Below are positions 56,133 to 64,000 of a DNA stretch of 64,000 nt, in pieces; position 1 is the stretch's first letter, and every line of letters begins with the position of its first letter. The notes beneath the pieces were generated by a model. The model was not told the origin of the DNA. It saw only the letters and a program-made list of their open reading frames with translations, and made no database searches. The position numbers were made by a program, and so were the translations under genes. This DNA comes from a virus, in IMG/VR virus record IMGVR_UViG_3300032770_000003, positions 32,001-96,000 of that record; one strand, given 5' to 3'.

Positions 56133-58264
56133 CAGTGATCCGTTGAATCAGCACGCCCTGCCGATCCAGGCGCGGTGGGTGTTCCTGGTCGCGGCGAGGT
56201 TCCAGGATCTGCGGGGACGTGGTGACCATGCTTCTGTTTCTGTTCGATGCGCCGCTGCCGCTCGTTCATCTCTTTCGTGTGACCGGCAGTCTCGACGGCT
56301 GCGCGTGAGGCAGCTTCTTCCAGCGAGGACGGCGGAGCTTTGGCTGCAGCCTTGGCCCGCGCAGCCATCATGTCCTTCAGCTCCTGGGGCAGCTGCTTGG
56401 TGTCCCGGATGGTGTCGACGTCCTTGTCCATCCCCCACTGAAAGAACTTCTCGCCGAAGTCATCGCCATACTGCTTGCCCATGCCGGCGGCCCGGGCCGA
56501 AAGGATATCGCGACGCCGCTCTTGTTCCGGCGTGAGCGCGACGCCCATCTCATAGGGGAGCTGGGTGCCGAACTTGTTCTCGAATCGCTTTTTGAACTGC
56601 TCTTGGGCCTCTGCTTTGGCAGCAGCCGGCATATCGACGTCGAAGATCTTTTTCTTACCCAAACCCGGAATCGCCTGAACCAACAGGTTGATGCCGATCT
56701 TGAAGTCGTTCCACAGGTCCTTGAACGCGCCTGCCAGATACTCGATATCCTTCACCAGCAGAGGAATCTGCTTGAACATGAAGTTGACGAACTCGTCCTG
56801 CCAATCCTCGATCTTCTCCAGGAAGCCAGAGGCTTCGGCACCACGCTTCGCCGACTCGTCGAACTTCGATGCTATGCGACCCAGTTCTGTGCGCGACTCC
56901 TTCATGGCCTCGTAGCCCTGCTGTTCGAGTGGCGCAGTCTTCTTCATCTGTTCTTCGAGCTTCTGCTGGATCTCCTTATCGTCCTTGGTCTCTTCGTAGA
57001 TCTTCTGGAGAGCATCCATGTCCTCCATGGAGCCCGCGAGACCGAGTTGCTTGCCCATGTACGCGCGCTCATCTCTGTTGCCGCCTGCGTACTGGTTGAT
57101 GTAGCCCATCACGTCCTTGAAGGTCTGCACACCTTCGGGACCGCGGAGCCCGCGTTCCTGGCGCCTCTTGGCCTGAAGGAATCCAACACCGGTACCAGGC
57201 CGGCCGAACCCCAGCGCCTGCATGATGACGGCTTCGCCTTCGTCGCCACCTCCCGGATTGATGATTCCCTGCTCGAAGCGAGCCAGCTTTTCCATGCCCC
57301 GCTGACCCTTGAAGCCTTCGCCACCGATCTTCCCGAACAGGGCTGCCAGCTTGGCGTAGCCGGCTGCATCAACAACACCGGCGGCGGTCGATCCAGCGCG
57401 GCGGATCATGGAGGCGATTCCCTGTGCGAACTCAGGAAACCGCGCCTTCTCCAGACCCGAGAACATGGCGCCGGCTTGGATCTTCTCGAACTCCCGGACC
57501 CCGAGATTGAAGACCTCTTTCCGCTTGCCTCGCCCTGCAGTCTGGGGCGCGAACGAGGTGCCTCCCTGGCGGATGGCTGCGAAGATGTCCGCTACCTCGC
57601 CACCTTCCATGCCCGTGGCGCGGGTTCCAGCCATCAGCGCCCGTACCGCTGCTGGAGTGGCTTGGCCCGTAGCCCTGGCGGCTGCGGGGGCCATGCTCGC
57701 CGCTTCGGCGACGTTGTAGCCGTAGCGGGCGCCTCCAGCCGCACCTGCGTTGCGCATGGCGCCGCCACGAAACCCAACACCGATCATCCCGCCTAGGGAC
57801 TTCTGGACGCCCAGATACGTCTCGAAGCCCTTGAACGCAGCTCCCACCAACATACCGACGATGGAGCCGACTCCGAACCCGACGGCGCCGAGCGCGAATC
57901 GCCCTAGCTTCTGACCGAAGCCCTTCTTGGCTTCCTTCTTCTCGTGTTCCTCGTCGTCTCTGCGCTCCTTGTCTTTGGAGCGCGCCATCGTGCTGTGGTG
58001 GCGCTTCTCCAGGGCAGCGAGGCGGTGATGGTGCTTCAGCTGTCTTTCGTGGTGCTTCAGCTCTTTCTTGTTCGCGTCGTCCTTGAACTTCACCAGGTCG
58101 CGGGTGCGCTTCAGCTCTTCCTTGTGAGCGGCTGTCTCCTTCTTCCGAACCGAGTCACGACCCTTGTCGTGCTTCTTGTTCAGCTTGTCGACTTCGGCAA
58201 AGCTCCGCCTCAGCTCCTTGATGTCTGAGGTCCATTTGACGTTGAACTTTGCTTCAGCGGCCAT
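56132..58264 (-). CDS. tape measure protein
   Basis: Long helical Ala/Gly-rich protein after tail chaperones and before the hub. Confidence 0.82.
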   Translation of the reverse strand: MAAEAKFNVKWTSDIKELRRSFAEVDKLNKKHDKGRDSVRKKETAAHKEELKRTRDLVKFKDDANKKELKHHERQLKHHHRLAALEKRHHSTMARSKDKERRDDEEHEKKEAKKGFGQKLGRFALGAVGFGVGSIVGMLVGAAFKGFETYLGVQKSLGGMIGVGFRGGAMRNAGAAGGARYGYNVAEAASMAPAAARATGQATPAAVRALMAGTRATGMEGGEVADIFAAIRQGGTSFAPQTAGRGKRKEVFNLGVREFEKIQAGAMFSGLEKARFPEFAQGIASMIRRAGSTAAGVVDAAGYAKLAALFGKIGGEGFKGQRGMEKLARFEQGIINPGGGDEGEAVIMQALGFGRPGTGVGFLQAKRRQERGLRGPEGVQTFKDVMGYINQYAGGNRDERAYMGKQLGLAGSMEDMDALQKIYEETKDDKEIQQKLEEQMKKTAPLEQQGYEAMKESRTELGRIASKFDESAKRGAEASGFLEKIEDWQDEFVNFMFKQIPLLVKDIEYLAGAFKDLWNDFKIGINLLVQAIPGLGKKKIFDVDMPAAAKAEAQEQFKKRFENKFGTQLPYEMGVALTPEQERRRDILSARAAGMGKQYGDDFGEKFFQWGMDKDVDTIRDTKQLPQELKDMMAARAKAAAKAPPSSLEEAASRAAVETAGHTKEMNERQRRIEQKQKHGHHVPADPGTSPRPGTPTAPGSAGRADSTDH

Positions 58265-58266
58265 GA

Positions 58267-58824
58267 CTACTCACGCCCCAAGATGTCGACCCAATCAGTG
58301 CTAGGAATCCCGCTGCCTAGTAGCTTCTTCCGCAGCAGCTCCTGCTCTTCGCGGCTCCCGTGAGCTGCGTACTTGCTCGCGAGACGAGGATCCGAAGGTG
58401 GCACTGGTGCTTTCGACTGCTGCGGCACTGGTGATTTCTTTCGCTTCTCGCGCTCCTTCTGCAACCGCTCCTTGGCACTCTGGGAGAGCCCCTCTTCCAG
58501 ATCGGGCGTCAAGCCTTGCTCCAGCTCGCGCTCCCACTTGTCCAGCAACTCATCACCCGTTTCCTCGAAGTAGAACTGCCCATCCGCTTTGTTAAAGACC
58601 CGACGCGCCTCATCGGGATGTTCGGAGTAGTAGTCCTCGTAGAACTCCACGAGGAGTTCAGGCATGGTCGCCTGCTGCGCGAGACTATGCGTCCAAGGCA
58701 GACGATACTTTTTGACCCACCACCGGCGTAGGAGCACTTCCAGTGTTGGCTTGCGCAGGTTGAGCGACGCCTTCTTGCGGGCGTACTCCGTCAGATCCTT
58801 GATCGGCTGCTGGTCGTCGGCGAC
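58267..58824 (-). CDS. tail assembly chaperone, frameshift-extended C-terminal part
   Basis: +1 frame open from 58845 with GC3-rich codons from GTC GCC GAC onward; RRWW.KKYRLP motif; no good start of its own. Confidence 0.7.
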   Translation of the reverse strand, partial: VADDQQPIKDLTEYARKKASLNLRKPTLEVLLRRWWVKKYRLPWTHSLAQQATMPELLVEFYEDYYSEHPDEARRVFNKADGQFYFEETGDELLDKWERELEQGLTPDLEEGLSQSAKERLQKEREKRKKSPVPQQSKAPVPPSDPRLASKYAAHGSREEQELLRKKLLGSGIPSTDWVDILGRE

Positions 58825-59176
58825 TTTTGTAGGAGTTCTCGAACTTCATCACCTCCGCGTACACCGCGCGTACGATCTCGATGTTGGTGATGTCTTCGAG
58901 CTTGAACCAGATCGGCTTCTGCATGAGGCAGATTTCGAGATGCGCAATCATCCCGTTCAGCCACTCAGTCTCCTCATCGATGCCTTGTCCAGTAGGGGCA
59001 CCGTTGTCGTCACGGACGCAGTACATCCCGCCGCAGAGCTGCGTCTTCTTCACCCCCACGGCGCCGATGTCTTTGATTGACATGCGCCGTGTGGTGAAGG
59101 TGCCTTGCAACCGTGTACCCGTGTCCTCGTCAACAATGTCGATCTGGAACGTGTGCACGTTGTTAGGCGTCGCCAT
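58685..59176 (-). CDS. tail assembly chaperone
   Basis: GTFT.RR.SI.D...A.LE.....P.WF..FENSY; between tube and tape measure. Confidence 0.8.
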   Translation of the reverse strand: MATPNNVHTFQIDIVDEDTGTRLQGTFTTRRMSIKDIGAVGVKKTQLCGGMYCVRDDNGAPTGQGIDEETEWLNGMIAHLEICLMQKPIWFKLEDITNIEIVRAVYAEVMKFENSYKSRRRPAADQGSDGVRPQEGVAQPAQANTGSAPTPVVGQKVSSALDA

Positions 59177-59229
59177 GGTTACCCCGCTGTCTTTATCCAC
59201 TGACTCTGTGGTCAAAAACCTTAATGAAA

Positions 59230-59661
59230 TCAGCCACCTGCAGGATGTTCAAACTCGTCCCGTAACCTGATCGTAACGAACGTCACGTTCTCTGAGACGA
59301 TGCCCCGGGCGGTGATATCGAAGGTGTGCTCCTGGCACTTGCACGACTCGAACTGAGCCATGGTCTCACCGGTGAGACGGTCCTCCACTGAGCACGTCAG
59401 ATCACCGCTGGTCAGGATGTTCTCTTCCGTGGGGAAGATCCCGAGTGCCTTGAGCGATGACCCGATCACGCGGAAAACCTGCGCGTTCAGGGTGCAGCGG
59501 TAGGCCACCGGCACGAACTCCCGAACTTCGAGCAGGTCGAGCACATCCACAGGTTCGTAGTCGATTGACTCAGAACCTGAGACGCCTCCAGCAAACCCAA
59601 CGACCGTGCCGTCAATTTTTAGACGCGACCTGGCACCGCTGAACACGAATGGAGCTGCCAT
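59230..59661 (-). CDS. tail tube protein
   Basis: SGAR..LKIDG..VG...VSGSES...EPV..L......EFVP..Y; GAGGAG RBS before ATG 59661. Confidence 0.85.
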   Translation of the reverse strand: MAAPFVFSGARSRLKIDGTVVGFAGGVSGSESIDYEPVDVLDLLEVREFVPVAYRCTLNAQVFRVIGSSLKALGIFPTEENILTSGDLTCSVEDRLTGETMAQFESCKCQEHTFDITARGIVSENVTFVTIRLRDEFEHPAGG

Positions 59662-59662
59662 C

Positions 59663-60314
59663 TCAACTTGCTCCTCTTTGTTTGAAAGGGCGCCCACCAA
59701 GGGTAAGCGCCTCCATTACATTCCAACCACGATTGATGCGTGACTTGACTGTGTTGTAGTCAACATCGAATTTTTCAGCCGCATCGGATAAGCAGCAGCA
59801 TTCTGACTCCGTCGACTTCTACGTAGAGATTGCGCTGCTTGTTGCGGTTCTGCTCCCGCATGGTGGCCCAGCGGCAGTTCATCGGGGTGTAGTCACCGTT
59901 CACGTCGATGCGATCGATGGTGTGCTTGGGAGAAGGCTTCTTGCCCATGTCGGCGAAGAAGTTCTCGAAGCTGTCCTTCCATCGGTCGCAGACGCGGATC
60001 CCACGGGCGCCATAGTCCAAGTAGTGCTCATCTGTTGTGCAGTAGCACCGGGCCTTCATCAGACGCCAGGATTTGTACTCCGGACTCCTATGCATCCCGT
60101 GCTTGCGATTGGTGCCGTTAATTCGGTTAAAGTTCGCTACCTGCTTACCCTGACACTTAACACACTGTGTGGAATCACCGCTGCGGAGGCTTCCGATGAA
60201 GACCTCTTTCTCGGTACCGCAAGCACACCGACAGACCCAGTGCGAAGGCTTCACACCGAGTCTGAGCGCGGTCCATTTGCCGAAAGACTGCCCCGTGAGA
60301 TCGAGTCGCTGCAT
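59663..60314 (-). pseudogene. HNH homing endonuclease split by a +1 frameshift near 59790
   Basis: DLTGQ.FG.WT, CRCACG, W..MK.RC, YG.RGI.VC.RW..FE.F..DMG, TIDRID..G.Y.P.NCRWAT..EQ..N; C-terminal HTH (AAEKFDVDYNTVKSRINRGW..MEALT) lies in the +1 frame. Confidence 0.8.
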
Positions 60315-60321
60315 GAGCGAC

Positions 60322-60363
60322 ACAGTATCCAAGAGCACCTCTCGGTTCAAGATATCTTGAACC
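60322..60363 (-). promoter_or_regulatory. promoter and 20-bp perfect palindrome upstream of the HNH gene
   Basis: GGTTCAAGATATCTTGAACC (60344-60363) overlaps the -35 of TTGAAC-N17-TACTGT; ATG follows 7 nt after the -10 (leaderless geometry). Confidence 0.5.
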
Positions 60364-60425
60364 AGAAACACACCACCTCCGTCAACATCAGTCGGAGCCC
60401 AACAATGGGGCTCAGGTATCCCTTC

Positions 60426-60523
60426 AAAAAACGACTCGTGACGGAGGGTCCCGAGTGCGGAGCTGCCAGCACCTATGGGTGCATGACAGTCCGAACTCTA
60501 ACCGACTCCGTCACGAGAGTCAA
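60426..60523 (-). terminator. very long rod-like hairpin followed by U6 (intrinsic terminator / structured RNA)
   Basis: GACTC(TC)GTGACGGAG...GCACC-CATA-GGTGC...CTCCGTCACGAGTC-GTTTTTT with nested stems GAGT/ACTC, CGGA/TCCG, CTGTCA/TGGCAG. Confidence 0.75.
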
Positions 60524-60544
60524 CATGCTGTCCTGAGAGGACGA

Positions 60545-61057
60545 TCAGGCGTTGATCGTGACCCCGTTGCTGCCGATCACCACCCATTTGGTCCCCGTCC
60601 ACTGCAGGGTAAGGGTGTCGCCCACGGCGTCAAAGGCTGACACCGACGAGAACCCCACCGGGTTCGCAGGAGTCACCGTTCCTGCAGGTGTACTTGCTGC
60701 CACGGTGCAGATGAGCGTCTTCACCTGGTTCGCGAAGGTTCCGTCCGCCAGGGTGTAGGCTTGGGTTCCGGTCACCGACAGGAAGGTCGTTCCCTTGCTG
60801 ACGGAAATGGCACCCGAGGTGACGGTCTCGTTGGCGCTCGTATAGGCAGCAGTTGTGAGAGCCGATGCGATGGAGGTCTCTTGACCCACCAGCGTATCGA
60901 CCGTTGACTTCTCAGCCACGAGCGCAGCCAGCGCAGCCTCAGATCCTGACACTGCTGCGATCGCGACGATCTGACTCGAATTGTCTACGAGAGTTTGGAA
61001 CTGAGTCAGGATCTCGGGTGCCAGTAGGCCACCCAACGGATCAAGAGAGCCGCTCAT
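60545..61057 (-). CDS. small virion-type protein, paralogue 2
   Basis: ATG 61057 overlaps upstream TAA; ETVTSGAISV.K....SVTGT.AYTLA.GT..Q.K..ICT..ASTP...VTPA...AVGD..T..WTG..W. Confidence 0.75.
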   Translation of the reverse strand: MSGSLDPLGGLLAPEILTQFQTLVDNSSQIVAIAAVSGSEAALAALVAEKSTVDTLVGQETSIASALTTAAYTSANETVTSGAISVSKGTTFLSVTGTQAYTLADGTFANQVKTLICTVAASTPAGTVTPANPVGFSSVSAFDAVGDTLTLQWTGTKWVVIGSNGVTINA

Positions 61058-61440
61058 TAGGAGACCGTACAGCCGATCTGGCTCTGCACCGCCCAGGCCG
61101 CTCCGGTCCACACGAAGGTGACGATGTCACCTACGGCTCCGATCGCGGACACGCTCGTGTAGCCGAGTGCGCTTGCGGGCGTGACGGTGGCGTTGGGAGT
61201 GCTGGCTCCGGCGGTGCAGATCACGACCTTCGTCTGCCCCACGCTTGTGCCGTTGGCTAGCGTGTAGGCAGTGGTCCCGGTGACCGAGCACAGCGAGAAC
61301 TTCTTGGTGACCGACAGAGCACCAGCGGCGCTGATCGTCTCGGTGCTTTGTCCGTAGGTGTCCTTGTCGATCGTGTCCTGAAGAGCCGAAATGACCTCTG
61401 GGCTCAGTGCCCCACTGAGCGCGTCTGCGAGTCCTGACAT
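61057..61440 (-). CDS. small virion-type protein, paralogue 1
   Basis: AAGGAGG RBS; same domain as downstream gene. Confidence 0.78.
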   Translation of the reverse strand: MSGLADALSGALSPEVISALQDTIDKDTYGQSTETISAAGALSVTKKFSLCSVTGTTAYTLANGTSVGQTKVVICTAGASTPNATVTPASALGYTSVSAIGAVGDIVTFVWTGAAWAVQSQIGCTVS

Positions 61441-61499
61441 GATTCATCCTCCTTGTTGATCAAGCCGCAAGACGCGGCAGCTGCGAAAGCGTGTGATTG

Positions 61500-63839
61500 T
61501 TAAGCGGCCAGAATCGGAATCTGCAAAGTGATGTCATTGAGTTCGAAGACGATCCCCGCCGTTGGGAAGATCTCCACTCGGATGGTGGCGACGTTGCCGT
61601 CGATGAAGACGCGCAGGTGGCGGAACCCAGGTACGATGGTCGTCTGTGTCTCCGGATCGAGAGAATCCGTGATGATGTTGTCTGCGCGGTAGGCTGCCAT
61701 CTTGGCAGCCGTGAAGTCACGAATCGACGCCACACTGGCTGGGGTGGCCTTGATTCCGGTGAACTTGTCTTCGAGCGACTGGCGGAGATCGTAGGCAATG
61801 AAGCGGACCTCTTCCCGCATGTTGCCGTCAGTGAAGAGAATCGAATCGTCCTGGAGGTAGGTCGTGAGATCGCGGACGAAGCGAATCCCGCTGGCGACTT
61901 CTTCGGCAAACATGACACCGCCCTGGATGAGCTGGTTCACGTTGGTGCGATCAGTGGGGCTCCAGGAGGAGTCGTTCGTGATCTCGGTGGTCTTGATGAA
62001 CTTGAAGGTCAGCGGCTCGCCGACTTCGTTCGCTCCCGAACGCATCGACGCAGCGGCAACCGCCATGGCCCACTCAGGGAGCAACGTCAGGTTGTTGTTC
62101 GAGTCGAGGAAGGTCATCTGTTGTGGAAACAGCTGAATGTCTTCGTCATTCAAGGCAGCAGCCTGACTGAGAATGCTTGTCAGGTTGCCCTTGAAACCGA
62201 GGTAGCCACCCAACTCATTCTTGGCGATACCCCGTCCGAGCTGAACGTGGGCCAGCAGCTGCTGAGCCACTGAAGCGATCGTCGCGGTCGAACCGTTGCC
62301 CTCGTTGACCAGATCTTGGGAGATCAGCGGGATGGTGTGGTTCGCGCGCTTCTGAATCAGCGCATCGAAGCCGTTCTGGAAGTCCGTGTTGGACGACGTT
62401 CCGCGTGTGCCACCGATGAAGTAGACAGCGACGTCGCGCACCACTGATGCGACTCCACCAGTGAACGCAGGCAGCTGGGCGCCCTCTGACGTTCCAGACG
62501 TTGCCTTTACCGCCGTCGCCACCGTCGAGAAATCGTTGATCCAGTCAACCAGCACCTGGAGGTCGCGCCGGAAAGTACCGTTGTCGGTCGGGTCAATCTC
62601 GTGGTCGTAAGCCACCGTAACGGTCGTGTTACGTGTTCCGAAATCGAACGAGGACATCAGGATGGTATCGCCGTTGACACCATCGGGGATGCTCGCCTGG
62701 TAGTTGGTATTCCCGTTGATGTAGTCGACCAGCTGCTGCAGTGTCTGGCCCGCTGGGAACGTGATCGAGAGATTGTCTGCCGTTGGCGCAACCGTGCTGG
62801 TCAACGAAGTCGCCACACCATGTGAACCAACGATCGACGCGGTCGCGCTCGTCACATTGATGATCTGGATCGTTGTTCCCACCAGAGCCGCTGCTTCGGC
62901 GGTCGTCAGATCGTGACCAACTGCCAACGTCATTGTGGGAGTGAAGGGACCAGAGGTGTCGGCAGTGTTGCTCAGGATCAGTCTCTGCAACCCTGTGGAG
63001 GTTCTGACCAACATGCCCGCCCAAGCATTCGCTGACGTCGACAGAGTCACGGTGGCGGTGATCGTGCTGCCTGAACCACCTGTCGCCGCGGTGACAGTAC
63101 CGGTATCGAATACCGGACCTCCGACGTACTCCAGATTCAGGAAGCTGGTACCACCGATTTCATCAGAGCGATTGACGGTGCTCTGAAAAGCAGTCGTGAC
63201 GACAAACCCGGAACCGACACCCGGCTCCACTTCCACTGAGACCTGATTGGTCTGAGTACCCCAGTCTCTGGACGACAGGATGATCTCAGACGAGAGGATA
63301 TCGACGGCTGTGGTTGACGCCGGTGCGCTGGGGAACCCAGGAGACACTGTCACTGTGGTCGTGGTGTTGGCCGTGATCCGGCGCTTGAGACCACTGATGA
63401 GCAGCCACCGACCGATGTGCGCACTCGCCGTGAGACCACCCGACACCAACGGGATCACGGTCGTCGTGGCCCCAACATCCACGGTGTCTGCGATCAGGTT
63501 GGCGGAACCAGGGAGCTGAGTACCTGACTGGGTACCGTTGTTGGTCTTGTAGCAGAGGCAGCGGAACGCTCCGCCTGGAATGCGTGAGTCACCGGACGCT
63601 GCGAACGCGATCTTGATCGCATCAGCCAGGGGACCGCTCGTAAACGTCGTCTTGCCGAGGGCAGGATCGTCAATCTGTACGATCTGATTGGATCCGGGGG
63701 GGCCGCCGTCGGCTTCTCCGAGCAACTGGATGATACCGGTCGCGGTGAGCCCGATGGCCGTCAAGCCATCCGTGCTCACACGAGTCAGACCACCAGGATG
63801 AAAAAGTGTCTGACCACCGAACGTCACTGATCGCGCCAT
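61500..63839 (-). CDS. contractile tail sheath protein with inserted accessory domains
   Basis: F.G.TL.HPG, LLGEADGGPP, SRDWG...N, GEPLTFK, LIQGGV, RFVRDLTTY; AAGGAGG RBS. Confidence 0.92.
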   Translation of the reverse strand: MARSVTFGGQTLFHPGGLTRVSTDGLTAIGLTATGIIQLLGEADGGPPGSNQIVQIDDPALGKTTFTSGPLADAIKIAFAASGDSRIPGGAFRCLCYKTNNGTQSGTQLPGSANLIADTVDVGATTTVIPLVSGGLTASAHIGRWLLISGLKRRITANTTTTVTVSPGFPSAPASTTAVDILSSEIILSSRDWGTQTNQVSVEVEPGVGSGFVVTTAFQSTVNRSDEIGGTSFLNLEYVGGPVFDTGTVTAATGGSGSTITATVTLSTSANAWAGMLVRTSTGLQRLILSNTADTSGPFTPTMTLAVGHDLTTAEAAALVGTTIQIINVTSATASIVGSHGVATSLTSTVAPTADNLSITFPAGQTLQQLVDYINGNTNYQASIPDGVNGDTILMSSFDFGTRNTTVTVAYDHEIDPTDNGTFRRDLQVLVDWINDFSTVATAVKATSGTSEGAQLPAFTGGVASVVRDVAVYFIGGTRGTSSNTDFQNGFDALIQKRANHTIPLISQDLVNEGNGSTATIASVAQQLLAHVQLGRGIAKNELGGYLGFKGNLTSILSQAAALNDEDIQLFPQQMTFLDSNNNLTLLPEWAMAVAAASMRSGANEVGEPLTFKFIKTTEITNDSSWSPTDRTNVNQLIQGGVMFAEEVASGIRFVRDLTTYLQDDSILFTDGNMREEVRFIAYDLRQSLEDKFTGIKATPASVASIRDFTAAKMAAYRADNIITDSLDPETQTTIVPGFRHLRVFIDGNVATIRVEIFPTAGIVFELNDITLQIPILAA

Positions 63840-63855
63840 GGGAAAGCCTCCTTAT

Positions 63856-64000
63856 TCAGTAGTTCTTGAACAGTTCGTCCCAGGCGCTCTTTGGCTTCTT
63901 GCCACGTGCCCGCGCCCCTATGAACGCGAGCAGACCGAGACGGTGATGAGCTGGGCGCCCAGTCAGTGCGAACCAGCGGTCGAAACTCAACATCGGCACA
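63856..64000 (-). CDS. hypothetical protein (5' end possibly outside the window)
   Basis: ...PMLSFDRWFALTGRPAHHRLGLLAF...KSAWDELFKNY* ending just before the sheath RBS. Confidence 0.55.
   Translation of the reverse strand, partial: VPMLSFDRWFALTGRPAHHRLGLLAFIGARARGKKPKSAWDELFKNY

Noticed and set aside
56522-57796. 424-aa plus-strand ORF (and many similar ones, e.g. 19706-20722, 3569-4342, 61497-62273)
   Set aside because: Antisense shadows of well-supported minus-strand genes, expected from GC3-rich codon usage; no motifs or RBS.
60350-60380. Remnant of the original tail tube N-terminus upstream of the HNH (VSGS-like)
   Set aside because: Match is only four or five codons and needs indels; not distinguishable from chance.
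1-64000. CRISPR array, diversity-generating retroelement, integrase/att site, stop-codon reassignment, group I intron
   Set aside because: No regularly spaced repeats, reverse transcriptase or recombinase seen; all three stop codons terminate genes normally; interrupted genes are in-frame inteins.

Overview
This is 64 kb of a large, GC-rich tailed phage with a contractile tail; essentially all genes lie on the minus strand. In the direction of transcription (right to left) the order is as follows. Tail block: tail sheath, two paralogous small virion proteins, a long structured terminator, a frameshifted HNH endonuclease, tail tube, tail chaperone pair (probable +1 frameshift), tape measure, baseplate hub, intein-containing baseplate spike, tail fibre, LysM/gp25 protein, LAGLIDADG endonuclease, baseplate J, repeat-rich wedge protein and a beta-helix tailspike. 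Replication and recombination block: intein-containing SF2 helicase, a second fibre module, J-domain protein, putative replication initiator with internal iteron-like repeats, intein-containing class II RNR, HNH endonuclease, DnaB-like helicase, intein-containing family A DNA polymerase, UvsY-like, SSB, RecA and SbcD/SbcC. Remaining genes: a 150-nt structured RNA element, vWA, RuvC, NYN, RNase H, methyltransferase-like, ParB-like, terminase large subunit, HTH/TerS candidate, CHAP endolysin and five tRNAs. The most notable observations are (i) free-standing homing endonucleases that sit at gene termini and appear to rebuild the host gene end in recoded form, leaving a duplicated peptide; (ii) four inteins, one in a structural spike gene; (iii) two unannotated strongly structured RNAs; (iv) a +1 frameshift signal in the tail chaperone; and (v) non-canonical tRNAs. 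All calls come from motif recognition by eye; no database searches or folding programs were run.
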